The notes below the pieces were generated by a model, which saw only the letters and a program-made list of their open reading frames with translations, was not told the DNA's origin and made no database searches. From assembly GCA_019313245.1 (NCBI GenBank), contig JAFDBP010000056.1, forward strand, positions 1 through 63,461: 63,461 nucleotides of DNA. The letters run 5' to 3'. Positions 43,742-53,468 of the stretch are shown piece by piece (positions within the stretch are counted from its first letter, which is position 1; each line of letters starts with the position of its first letter). The translations under genes were made by a program, and so were the position numbers. Origin of the DNA: Deltaproteobacteria bacterium. GTDB taxonomy: Bacteria > Myxococcota_A > UBA9160 > SMWR01.

Positions 43742-45103
43742 GTGGATTCGATTCGATCGATTGTCTGGATTGGTGACGAGCGGCTGGCTGTCGCGTTGGC
43801 GGCCGACTGCCCGACGCTCGAAATCGCCTGGGAACGCGACGTCGCGGGGGCACGCGCGCTTCCGCTCGGGGATTTCGATGCGTTGCTGCTCGCCTGCGAG
43901 AATTCGAAACAAGCGCTCGAGGCATTGGAGGCTCTCTCCGATCGGCGCCCTCTCCCACCGGTCTTCCTGCAACTCGAATCCGCAGGAGACCTCCCGCTGC
44001 AAGAGTTTCGCGAGCGCGGCGCAGCCGACGTCTTTTGCCTCGGCGCGGATCCGACCGTCCAGAAGCTGAAGCGGGCCCTATTTCGGGGCATGGCGAGGAT
44101 CGATCGATCCGGCAAGCCGTCCGCGGCGGCAGGAGTCGAGCGCTCGGATCGACGGGCCAGCGCGAAGATCGTCGGCGACAGCCCGCAGATCGCGGAGGTG
44201 CTCGCCCTGATCGAGCACGCCAGCAAGTCGCGCGTAACCGTCCTCATCACGGGCGAAACTGGGACCGGAAAGGAATTGCTCGCGCGCGAGATCCACGAGA
44301 AGAGCTCGCTGCGGAACTCGCCCTTCGTCGCCGTCAACTGCGCGGCGTTTCCCGAAGCGCTGCTCGAGAGCGAATTGTTCGGCCACCGCAGAGGCGCGTT
44401 CACGGGAGCCGATCGCGACAAGTCGGGCCTGTTCGAAGCGGCCGATGGCGGGACCCTCTTCCTCGACGAAATCGGCGAGACCACCCGCCCCTTTCAGGCG
44501 AAGCTGCTGCGCGTATTACAGGAGAGAGAGGTGCGCCCGATCGGCAGCTCCCGAACGCGCCGTGTCGACGTCCGCGTCATCGCTGCGACGAACCGCAATC
44601 TGCGCCGCGAGGCGAGTGACGCGCGATTCAGGCCCGACCTCTACTACAGGCTCGCCGTCTTTCCGATCCACGTGCCGCCACTACGGGAACGATCCGCCGA
44701 CATTCTGCCTCTCGCCAACCATTTTCTCGCGCACTACGCGAAACTCGACGGGCGGCCCGAAGCACCCCTGTCCAGCGACTCTCGCCGCCTGCTACAGAGT
44801 TACGGCTGGCCGGGAAACGTGCGTGAACTCGAAAACGAAATCCAGCGCGCCCTCACCATTTCGGACGCCGGTGAGGATCTCACCCCCTCGCACTTCTCCC
44901 CGCGACTGTACGAGGTGCTCCAACCCGTACAAGCCGTCGTACAGCCCGGCGATTCCCTGCGCGAGACGCTCGCGCGGGTAGAGGCCTGGCTGATTCGGCA
45001 CGCACTCGAAGCCAACGGCGGTCGCCGCGCGACGACGGCACGCCTGCTCGGGATCACGCGAGAGGGCCTCTACAAGAAGATGAAACGCTACGGCATCACT
45101 TGA
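43742..45103 (+). CDS. sigma-54-dependent transcriptional activator (bEBP) with degenerate receiver domain
   Basis: AAA+ core with Walker A GETGTGKE, the GAFTGA loop, DEIG (Walker B), [10 protein letters not shown] and a C-terminal Fis-type HTH ([22 protein letters not shown]). The N-terminal ~115 aa are receiver-like, but the acceptor Asp position reads Ala. Confidence 0.92.
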   Translation: MDSIRSIVWIGDERLAVALAADCPTLEIAWERDVAGARALPLGDFDALLLACENSKQALEALEALSDRRPLPPVFLQLESAGDLPLQEFRERGAADVFCLGADPTVQKLKRALFRGMARIDRSGKPSAAAGVERSDRRASAKIVGDSPQIAEVLALIEHASKSRVTVLITGETGTGKELLAREIHEKSSLRNSPFVAVNCAAFPEALLESELFGHRRGAFTGADRDKSGLFEAADGGTLFLDEIGETTRPFQAKLLRVLQEREVRPIGSSRTRRVDVRVIAATNRNLRREASDARFRPDLYYRLAVFPIHVPPLRERSADILPLANHFLAHYAKLDGRPEAPLSSDSRRLLQSYGWPGNVRELENEIQRALTISDAGEDLTPSHFSPRLYEVLQPVQAVVQPGDSLRETLARVEAWLIRHALEANGGRRATTARLLGITREGLYKKMKRYGIT

Positions 45104-45151
45104 GGAATGCCCGACGCGAGAGGTCGCCACCACTGGTGTTGGTCGAATTGC

Positions 45152-47917
45152 TCAATCGCTGGCGTTTACGTCGCGGAGCCACTTGGCGATGGGCCCACCC
45201 TGCTCGAACGAGTCGGCGCTCAACGGCCGGCAGAAGAAGTAACCTTGAGCGAAACCACAGCCGAGCTCGCTCAACATCTCCTTCTGCTCCCGGGTCTCTA
45301 CGCCCTCCGCGACGACTTCCAGGTGCAGGCTTTCGGCCATCGAATTGATCGCGCGCAGCAGCGAGATGCCGTCCTCGTGCCCGACCGCTCCGTGAACGAA
45401 TGCGCGATCGATCTTGAGCACGTCGAAGGGGAAGCTCTGCAGATAGCTCAGGGACGAATAACCGGTGCCAAAATCGTCGATGCAGAGCCGAACGCCGAAC
45501 TCCTTGATCGTGTTGAAGATCGCCGTCACCCGCTCGACATCGTCGAGCAGCACTCGCTCGGTTACTTCGATCTCCAGATACTCGGCGCGCAATCCCGATT
45601 GCGACAGTGCATTTCGGATCGACTCCACCGCATCGCCGCGATCCACTTCGCGCGGCGAAAGATTCACCGCGAGCCGCAGCGTTGTCCAACCGGCGTCGTG
45701 CCACGCCTTGACCTGGCGGCAAGCGGTTTCGAGCACCCATGACCCGATCACCACGATCAACCCACTTCGCTCTGCAATTGGCACGAATTCGGCTGGCGAA
45801 ACCATACCCAGCACGGGATTTTCCCAGCGAAGCAGCGCTTCCACGCCGACCATCCTGCCTTCTGGAAGCGCGACGATCGGCTGGTAGTAGACTTCGAATT
45901 CGTTCAGCTCAAGCGCCTTCCAGAGTTGCGTCTCCACCTGGAATCTGCGATTCGCGCTTTCGTTCATCTCTTCCGTGAAGAAATTCACTGTGTTACCGCC
46001 GCCCTGCTTGCTGCGATACATCGCGGCATCCGCATTCCGAAGCAGATCTTCGTCGTTGTCGGAGTCATTGGGGTAGATCGCGGCACCAATACTCGCAGTC
46101 ATGACGATGTCCTGTTTGTTCAACTCCAATGGCGCCGAGACCTGTTCGAGAATGCGCTTCGCGATGGCATCGACATCGGCAGCCGATTCGATTTCGAGCA
46201 GAATCACGGCGAATTCGTCGCCACCCAGCCTCGCGGCGGTATCCGCATCTCGGAGTCCCTGATTGATGCGCGCGGCTACGTGGCGAAGCGCTTCGTCGCC
46301 AGCGGCGTGACCGAGTGTGTCATTGATCTTCTTGAACTGGTCGAGATCGATAAACAACAAGCCAACGGACGTGTGCTCGCGCTCGGCCCGGACCAGTGCG
46401 CGGCGAAATCGATCTCTCAACAAATATCGATTCGGCAGCTTCGTGAGCATGTCGTAATTGGCCTGGTGCGCGATCACCGCTTCGGATTTCTTGCGCTCCG
46501 TCATATCGTTGAAGACCACGACGACGCGCTCTATTTCCGAATGGTCGTCGAGCGCACAGCCAACCGAAACCCAGGCGGGGATCGACCTCCCCGCGCTGCA
46601 TCGAATCCAGATCTCGCCTTCCCACTTTCCGGCCTGGGCCACCTGCGAAATGACCGAACCGAAGAAACCCTTCGCGTGCCGGTTTGTAGCCAGGATATCC
46701 GCACTCCTACCCAACACATCGACGCGACTCAAGCCCGTTGCCTCGGTGAATGCGGAATTGACATCCAGGATGATTCCAGCGGAATTCGCGATCACGATCG
46801 ATTCCGTAGCAATATTGAAAACTGCAGCAGCGCGGCGAAGACCCTCCTCACTCTTGCGGCGCTCCATCACCTCATTTTCGAGCTGCTTCAGCATGTTGCC
46901 AAATTCTCGGCGCAGTTCGCCGATCTCACCACCGACATCCGAATCCAATTCGACGTCGAGTTCGCTCGTCTTTCGGAAAGTTCGCAGTTGACACGACAGC
47001 GCACCCAGTGGCGCAATGATCGCTCGGTTGAGTGGAACCAAGATGATGAATACGAGAATTCCGCCCTGGAAAACGACCCAGAGTGCGCAGAGTTGGGCAA
47101 TGAAATTCGCAGATTTCGTCAACTCACGAGGCAGCGTCACACCCACGATGATCGAGGGATTCCCATCCAAATCTTCGAGTATCTGGTAGGCGTCGATTTC
47201 ATCTGCCTCGGTATCGACAATCGTTACCACAGAGCCCGGTTCGCCTCTCTCTATCGAGATGAGCGCCCCTTCCGGAATCTCGGGATCCCCGGCGAGCCAG
47301 ATGTGGAACTCGGATTCGACTTGTTTTCCCACTCGTTGAATCAAATCCGCGTCGAGTGCCCGGCCCATGATGACGTGACCGCGCGAGGGGCCCTCGTCTG
47401 TACTCGTGAGAATATGGCGCGATGCGACGATCACCGGCCCGGTCTGGGTCAGCATGATTCCGCTGGTCGAATCAGTCAGTTCCCCCTCTGCGAGAAGTGG
47501 ATGCGAGAGGTCCCAGTGGCCCTGCGGAATCTCGGCAAGCGAAACCAACTCACCGGTCATGACGTCGTAGATCGGGCCGGAAACCACTTCGCCCGAGTTG
47601 TCGACGATGATCAGCCAGTTGATGCCCGAGGTATGAAGTACATCGATGGTCAGGTTGTCTTCGAAGAACGCTCGACTCCGGGTTACCACGAAATCGCAGG
47701 TTGCATCCCATGAAGAATACTCATACACCAGACTCTCGAGGTGGTTGATTTCGCGCTCGACTGCCTGAGCAATCTGAGTCAGATTTCTTTGAATCGATTT
47801 CTGTTCGAAGCTTTCGAAGGAGGGATCGATCCAATTGTGCTTGATCGCATAGCCAAAGCCGATGTTGGCAAGCGTGAAGGCCGCGACGATCAGGGCCGCC
47901 TTGTTGATCAGGGTCAC
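45152..47917 (-). CDS. CHASE4-HAMP-PAS-GGDEF-EAL membrane sensor (c-di-GMP cyclase/phosphodiesterase)
   Basis: N-terminal TM, periplasmic CHASE4-type block YEYSSWDATCDFV, second TM plus HAMP, one PAS, GGDEF with RDAD I-site, and EAL domain (EALLRW, DDFGTGYSSLSYL, KIDRAF, EGVET). Confidence 0.92.
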   Translation of the reverse strand: MTLINKAALIVAAFTLANIGFGYAIKHNWIDPSFESFEQKSIQRNLTQIAQAVEREINHLESLVYEYSSWDATCDFVVTRSRAFFEDNLTIDVLHTSGINWLIIVDNSGEVVSGPIYDVMTGELVSLAEIPQGHWDLSHPLLAEGELTDSTSGIMLTQTGPVIVASRHILTSTDEGPSRGHVIMGRALDADLIQRVGKQVESEFHIWLAGDPEIPEGALISIERGEPGSVVTIVDTEADEIDAYQILEDLDGNPSIIVGVTLPRELTKSANFIAQLCALWVVFQGGILVFIILVPLNRAIIAPLGALSCQLRTFRKTSELDVELDSDVGGEIGELRREFGNMLKQLENEVMERRKSEEGLRRAAAVFNIATESIVIANSAGIILDVNSAFTEATGLSRVDVLGRSADILATNRHAKGFFGSVISQVAQAGKWEGEIWIRCSAGRSIPAWVSVGCALDDHSEIERVVVVFNDMTERKKSEAVIAHQANYDMLTKLPNRYLLRDRFRRALVRAEREHTSVGLLFIDLDQFKKINDTLGHAAGDEALRHVAARINQGLRDADTAARLGGDEFAVILLEIESAADVDAIAKRILEQVSAPLELNKQDIVMTASIGAAIYPNDSDNDEDLLRNADAAMYRSKQGGGNTVNFFTEEMNESANRRFQVETQLWKALELNEFEVYYQPIVALPEGRMVGVEALLRWENPVLGMVSPAEFVPIAERSGLIVVIGSWVLETACRQVKAWHDAGWTTLRLAVNLSPREVDRGDAVESIRNALSQSGLRAEYLEIEVTERVLLDDVERVTAIFNTIKEFGVRLCIDDFGTGYSSLSYLQSFPFDVLKIDRAFVHGAVGHEDGISLLRAINSMAESLHLEVVAEGVETREQKEMLSELGCGFAQGYFFCRPLSADSFEQGGPIAKWLRDVNASD

Positions 47918-47957
47918 GGCCTCGCCTCTCCCCGGGGTTGTCGACGGCTGCTCGAGT

Positions 47958-47982
47958 CGCTTTCGACGAATACTCGAAAGCG
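47958..47982 (-). terminator. intercistronic hairpin CGCTTTCGA-N7-TCGAAAGCG between the two tandem sensor genes
   Basis: Perfect 9-bp stem, 5 nt after the upstream gene stop (47987-47989) and 41 nt before the downstream start (47917). No U-tract, so its role as terminator, attenuator or processing site is unresolved. Confidence 0.4.
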
Positions 47983-47986
47983 CGGA

Positions 47987-50900
47987 TCAGTCATCGCGAA
48001 CCTTCAGCGCGCGAAGCCAGCCCTGTTGCCCTTCTCCAACCGTCGATGCCTCGGCATCCAGATCGACGATCGGACCTCCGATTCCGATTCGCGCGGCGCT
48101 CAGCGGAGCACAGAAGTAGTAACCCTGCGCAAATCCGCACCCCAGCTCACACAACAAGTCGAATTGCTCGACGGTTTCCACCCCCTCCGCGATGACCTGA
48201 AGATCGAGACTCTCGGCCATCGAAATGATCGCCCGAAGCAGCGAAACACCGTTGGCGTGGCGAGACGCATCGCAAACGAACGCGCGATCGATCTTGAGCA
48301 CGTCGAATGGGTAATTGCGCAGATAGCTCAACGACGAGTAGCCCGTTCCGAAGTCATCGACGCAGAGCCGAACTCCGAGATCCTTGATTGCGCGAAATGC
48401 GGAGCCCGCAGTCTCGACATCATCCAGCAGAACGCGCTCCGTGACTTCGACTTCCAGAAACTGCGGCGCCAACCCACTCTTGGCGAGTGCGTTGGAGATC
48501 GAATCGATCGCGTCGCCGCGATCGACCTCACGCGGTGAAAGATTCACCGCGACCCGAAGATCGGACCATCCCGCTTCCTGCCATTCCTTGACCTGGCGAC
48601 AAGCCGTTTCCAGTACCCAAGCACCAATCGAAACGATGATGCCAGTGCTCTCCGCAACCGGAATGAACTCACCCGGATCGACCAAACCCAATTCCGAGTT
48701 GTGCCAGCGCAGCAGAACCTCCACTCCAACCATTCGGCCATCCGGGAGCGAGACGATGGGCTGGTAGTGGAGTTCGAACTCCTCGACCTCGATCGCGCGC
48801 TGCAACTGCAACTCGACCTGCATTCGGCGCATCGCGCGCTCGTTCATTTCGGCAGTAAAGAATTCGATCGAGTTTCCACCGCTGTTCTTGCTGCGATACA
48901 TCGCGATATCGGCATCGCGCAGGAGCCCCGTTTCGTCTTCGGAATCCGAGGGAAATATCGAAATGCCAATGCTCGCGGTTATCAGCATGTCCTGTCCCTG
49001 GACACTCATCGGAATTGCCATTTCCGCGAGGACCCGCTTCGCAACCTGCTCCGCGTCTACGGGGTCGCGAAGCTTTGGAACGATCACGGCAAATTCGTCG
49101 CCCCCAACGCGCGCAGCGGTGTCCACATCGCGAATACTCTGCTTGATCCGCTGCGCGGTCAGTCGCAATACATCGTCACCCGCCGAGTGGCCGAGCGTAT
49201 CATTGACTTTCTTGAAACCGTCCAGGTCGATGAATATCAGCGCGACGCCCTGCCCGCTCCGCCCGGCGCGCAGCGTCTCCTGGGCGAGTCGATCGATGAA
49301 CAACGCGCGATTTGGAATTCCAGTCAGCAAATCATAGGTGGCTTGCCGTGCGATGACCTCCTCGGCATTCTTCCGTTCCGTCATATCGTTGAAGACCGCA
49401 ACGATCTGCTCGGTGGACGACTCTCGGCCGAGCGTTCGCCCAATCGAAGCCCACGTTGGAATGGTCATTCCGTCTTTGTGGCGGATCCAGATTTCGCCTT
49501 CCCACTTTCCAGACTGCTCGACCTCTGCGGCGATGCCTTGATAAAAATTGAAATCGTGAAGTCCCGAATTCAAGATTTCTGCCTTTTCTCCAATCACCTC
49601 ATCTTGCTGGTGTCCGGTGATGGTGGAAAACGCGGAGTTGACGTCCACGATGTTTCCAAAGGGATCGGCGATTACGATCGCTTCGTTGGCGGTTTCGAAA
49701 ACCGCGGCGGCGCGACGCATAGCCTCTTCGGACCGATAACGCTCAGTGACATCGCTAACCGTTCCATATACGCGAAGGGGTCGACCCTCAGCGTCTCTCT
49801 CGACGTTCCAGAGGATGTGGTGGTGCTGCACGTCGCCGGTCTCGACCACCACGCGCGCTTCGGCGCCCTTCGATTCCGAGCTGCCTTCGATCAATGCGCG
49901 CAGGGCTCCCTCCACGCGATCCTTGTCATCTCGGTGAATGCTCGATCGAATCTGCTCGCTGGTCGGTGGCCCCGCATCGATCTGCCTGCCGTAGATTCGG
50001 TAGAGTTCATCAGACCACCACCAGACTCCACTCGCCAGGTCGATTTCCCAGCTTCCGACCTGCGCGACCTGCTGGGCTTCCTGCAGGCGCTCTTCACTGT
50101 GGCGCAGCGCATCTTCGCTCTTGCGGCGATCGTCGATATGCCGACCCAGCTGCTTGAGCATGCTGCCGAATTCGCGACTGAGCTCGCCGATTTCGTCGTT
50201 TCGCGCCATCGATACCTGGACCGAAAGGTCGTTGGTGCGGCGGATCGACCGCAATTGTTCGGTCAAGACACCGAGAGGAGCGATGATCGCTTTGTGCAGT
50301 GGCGCCATGATCAGGAATGCGAGAACGGCTCCCTGGATGAGATACCAGAGAAGACTCAGGCGGTTGACGTCAGCGGCTCGCTGGGTGATTTCCCGGGGAA
50401 GGCTCACGCGAAGAACGAAGGACGGAACACCCGCAATGTCCTTCAACAGCGTATAGACATAGAGGTGATCGTCATCGTCGCTCGGCGTCTCGTGGTACGG
50501 AGTAGTCTCATATCCGATCAGCGCTTCCCGCATGGATTGCGATATTGCAGCGTCCGAAAGCAACAGAACTTCGAGATTGATGCTGGCGCGTTTGGCGAGG
50601 CCCGCGATGAAATTCGCGTCGAACCGCCTCCCCATGATGACCCGGCCGCGTGACGGCCCTTCGTCAATACTGGTGAGAATATCGCGAGCAGCAACCAGCA
50701 TCGGGCCTTCACTCGTCGCCATCAAACCAACGATCGGCTCCACCTGTGTTTCACCGAGCAGAAGTGGATGCGATTCGCTCCATTTCTCATGAGGGATCTC
50801 TGGAATCCCCAGCGGCTCCCCAGTCTGAATGTCCAACACCGGTTCCGAGAGCACCTTTCCGCTCGAGTCAACGACGATCGCCCAGTCGAGTACGGTAGTT

Positions 50901-51211
50901 TTCAGTGCACCCGGGCTGAGATTCATCGCATAGAAATCCGGATCGCGGGATTCTACAAAATCATAAGTCGCGTCCCAGCTCGCGGTATCCTGAGCGAGTA
51001 CGTCCAGCACAAATCCTTCACGCTTTATCGCCAACAGGGCGCGCTTCAGGTTCTTCTCGACCTCTTGCTTCTCGAGGTCGGCGAATTCCGGAGCCACCAC
51101 GTTGCGATGGATCGAATACGCAATCCCAACGTTCGCAATCGCGAAGAGGGAGACGATCAAGGCTGTCTTCTGCGCGAGCGTCAAGTGCGCAACTCCCAAC
51201 GGGCAGACCAC
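47987..51211 (-). CDS. CHASE4-HAMP-PAS-PAS-GGDEF-EAL membrane sensor (paralog of 45152..47917)
   Basis: Same architecture with one extra PAS module. CHASE4 block DTASWDATYDFV, GGDEF with RDVD I-site, and an EAL domain reading EVLLRW. The C-terminal catalytic half is colinear with the downstream paralog at protein and DNA level. Confidence 0.92.
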   Translation of the reverse strand: MVCPLGVAHLTLAQKTALIVSLFAIANVGIAYSIHRNVVAPEFADLEKQEVEKNLKRALLAIKREGFVLDVLAQDTASWDATYDFVESRDPDFYAMNLSPGALKTTVLDWAIVVDSSGKVLSEPVLDIQTGEPLGIPEIPHEKWSESHPLLLGETQVEPIVGLMATSEGPMLVAARDILTSIDEGPSRGRVIMGRRFDANFIAGLAKRASINLEVLLLSDAAISQSMREALIGYETTPYHETPSDDDDHLYVYTLLKDIAGVPSFVLRVSLPREITQRAADVNRLSLLWYLIQGAVLAFLIMAPLHKAIIAPLGVLTEQLRSIRRTNDLSVQVSMARNDEIGELSREFGSMLKQLGRHIDDRRKSEDALRHSEERLQEAQQVAQVGSWEIDLASGVWWWSDELYRIYGRQIDAGPPTSEQIRSSIHRDDKDRVEGALRALIEGSSESKGAEARVVVETGDVQHHHILWNVERDAEGRPLRVYGTVSDVTERYRSEEAMRRAAAVFETANEAIVIADPFGNIVDVNSAFSTITGHQQDEVIGEKAEILNSGLHDFNFYQGIAAEVEQSGKWEGEIWIRHKDGMTIPTWASIGRTLGRESSTEQIVAVFNDMTERKNAEEVIARQATYDLLTGIPNRALFIDRLAQETLRAGRSGQGVALIFIDLDGFKKVNDTLGHSAGDDVLRLTAQRIKQSIRDVDTAARVGGDEFAVIVPKLRDPVDAEQVAKRVLAEMAIPMSVQGQDMLITASIGISIFPSDSEDETGLLRDADIAMYRSKNSGGNSIEFFTAEMNERAMRRMQVELQLQRAIEVEEFELHYQPIVSLPDGRMVGVEVLLRWHNSELGLVDPGEFIPVAESTGIIVSIGAWVLETACRQVKEWQEAGWSDLRVAVNLSPREVDRGDAIDSISNALAKSGLAPQFLEVEVTERVLLDDVETAGSAFRAIKDLGVRLCVDDFGTGYSSLSYLRNYPFDVLKIDRAFVCDASRHANGVSLLRAIISMAESLDLQVIAEGVETVEQFDLLCELGCGFAQGYYFCAPLSAARIGIGGPIVDLDAEASTVGEGQQGWLRALKVRDD

Positions 51212-51444
51212 GACACAGTGGACCGAATTCGAGCTGAGCCCATCGCAACGATTGATCGGCCGATTCGAAGCCCGACTTGCGCACGAGCCGCTCGCTAGCG
51301 CGTTTTACAGCAGGATATCTGCCGGGTAGTTGCACATGAATTATGTGCCCAGTCAGATCGCGCGACAGTTGCACTCGAGTTGCGCGTGCGAGGGGCTTTG
51401 CTGGAGGGCTCGCCGTGCGAAGTCGGCGCTCCGCCGAGATGCGA

Positions 51445-52152
51445 TCAGCTGAGTTCCGACCGGAAGAAGGCGAGCAGTGCGTCCCAGGAGTCGGCAGCGG
51501 CAGCCGCGTCGTGCACGTCGAGGCGAGCGTCGTTCATGTAACCGCTGCGAATCCCTGCACGGACCTCGACACGCGCGCTCACACCCGCGCGCTCGAGACC
51601 GGACGTCAAACGGGAGACAGCCGACTCGGCACCCGACTCATCCGCGCCTGCCAGCACGGCCAGCACGGGCGCTGCGACGCGCTCGATTTCGTCGACGAGC
51701 TCGAGGCGCGTTCCATACAGATCGACGACCGCCCCCACTCGACGGTGGCGGCTGGACAGAAAGAGCGCGAGCGAACCGCCCAGCCCAAAACCCAGTGCGC
51801 CGACTTTCGATCCCGCCGTCGCGTCTTGGTTGTAGAGTTCCGCAACGGCCGATTCGAGGTCGGCATCGGCTCCATCGAGTTCGAATTCCTTCGAGAGCTG
51901 CTCGGCGGAAGTCGAATCCTCTGCGGTGCGGCCGCCAAACAGATCCGGCGCCAGGGCCACGAAACCCGCCCGGGCCAAGCGATCGCAGACATCGCGAATG
52001 AACTCGGTCAACCCCCACTCGTCGTGAATGACGACGATTCCAGCACCGACACCCGACGCGGGCTTGGCGAGGTAACCCGACGCGACACCTCCGTCTCCGC
52101 CGGAGGCGATCCCCTCGTACTCGATGTCGACGCCCTCTCGCCCGATCGTCAT
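51445..52152 (-). CDS. dienelactone hydrolase family protein
   Basis: ATG 52152 with GGAGGAG upstream. IVVIHDEWGL, nucleophile-elbow-like GALGFGLGGSLAL, and C-terminal YMNDARLDVHDAAAAADSW. The upstream part of track ORF 51445..52497 is rejected. Confidence 0.8.
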   Translation of the reverse strand: MTIGREGVDIEYEGIASGGDGGVASGYLAKPASGVGAGIVVIHDEWGLTEFIRDVCDRLARAGFVALAPDLFGGRTAEDSTSAEQLSKEFELDGADADLESAVAELYNQDATAGSKVGALGFGLGGSLALFLSSRHRRVGAVVDLYGTRLELVDEIERVAAPVLAVLAGADESGAESAVSRLTSGLERAGVSARVEVRAGIRSGYMNDARLDVHDAAAAADSWDALLAFFRSELS

Positions 52153-52229
52153 CCCCGCTCTCCTCCTCGTGGGGCCGTGAGGATAGCTCAGCGGCACCCG
52201 AACTCCCGCTGGCCGGTTACAATCCGAGG

Positions 52230-53420
52230 ATGAGCGAGTTCTCTGTGCCGAGCGCCGTCGCGCAGATCGGCCAGAAGCTGGTCGCAGCGGGACACGCGTC
52301 TTTCCTGGTGGGTCCGGGATTGCGCGACCTGCTTTGCGGAATTGCGCCGTCACACTTGGAATTGTCGACGGATGCACCGCTCCGCGCGATCTTGGATCGA
52401 TTTTCGAGCGGGGTCTTGATCGAAAATCGAAGCCATGCCGTAATGGTCCCGAGTCCGGCGGGCCCGGTAGAAGTGAGTCCGTTCCGCGCAGGTGCACAGG
52501 TCGAGGACGACCTCGCCCACCGCGACTTCACAGTCAACGCCATCGCCTTCGACATCGCCAGCCGGAAATGGCTCGACCCACACGGCGGTCGAGCGGATCT
52601 GGGAAGCGGTCTGATCCGCGCGGTGCGAAGCGCAAGAGATTGCGTCGACGAGGATCCGATCCGCGCGCTACGGGGGGTTCGACTCGCCGCAACGCGGGGC
52701 TGGGAGATAGATAGCGATTTCGAGAGCGCGCTCTCTCGCGCCCGGACGGCACTCGCCGAGATCCCGCGCGAACCCGTTCGCCGCGAGCTGGTGGCGATTT
52801 TGCTCTCGAGGGGCGCTGCCCGAGGCCTGGAGCAGCTCGAGCGAAGCGGCATCGCCTCGACACTCGCGCCGGGCACGACGGCGGACTCGAGCGCTCTGGT
52901 GGATCGATTGGATTGCGACCTCGAGTTGAGACTGGCCGGTTGGCTCCGCGGCACCCGCATCAGAACGGTGTTGCAGCGTCTGCGGTTCTCGCGCCCTACG
53001 ATCGACCGCGTCGACCTCTTGCTGCGATTCCACTACAGCGACCGCGAGATCAACGCGATGACTCCGGCCGCCATCGCGCGATTCGCGCGCCGAGTCGGCA
53101 CCCGCAACCTGGCGGCACTGATTGCGCTGCGCGAAGCCGAGGCCAAAACGACCGGCGATGAACCCGAGGCGGCTCGAAGCGCACTGCATCGGCTGCAAGG
53201 ATCGCTGACATCACTGCGCGAATCCGAACGAACCGCGAGCGCGCGCAGCCAGTTGCGTTTCTCGGGTGACGACGTGATCGCGTACCTCGGCTGCGAACCC
53301 GGGCCCCGCGTGGGGCGCGCGATCGCCTACCTCAGCGAGTGCATCCGCCGGAACCCGGACCTCAACTCGCCCGATGCGCTGCGGGAATTGCTGCGCGATT
53401 GGGCCGACGAAACCGCCTGA
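52230..53420 (+). CDS. CCA-adding enzyme / poly(A) polymerase family nucleotidyltransferase with variant catalytic motif
   Basis: Head-domain blocks VGPGLRDLLCG (for GGxVRDxLLG) and HRDFTVNAIAF (RRDFTINA). The DxD position aligns to H-L-E (SHLELST). The neck/body region DPIRALRGVRLAA is conserved. Confidence 0.8.
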   Translation: MSEFSVPSAVAQIGQKLVAAGHASFLVGPGLRDLLCGIAPSHLELSTDAPLRAILDRFSSGVLIENRSHAVMVPSPAGPVEVSPFRAGAQVEDDLAHRDFTVNAIAFDIASRKWLDPHGGRADLGSGLIRAVRSARDCVDEDPIRALRGVRLAATRGWEIDSDFESALSRARTALAEIPREPVRRELVAILLSRGAARGLEQLERSGIASTLAPGTTADSSALVDRLDCDLELRLAGWLRGTRIRTVLQRLRFSRPTIDRVDLLLRFHYSDREINAMTPAAIARFARRVGTRNLAALIALREAEAKTTGDEPEAARSALHRLQGSLTSLRESERTASARSQLRFSGDDVIAYLGCEPGPRVGRAIAYLSECIRRNPDLNSPDALRELLRDWADETA

Positions 53421-53468
53421 CCCGCGAAGCGGGGAAACTCGGACCGCGCGCGGAGCCGCCAGCTCCGC

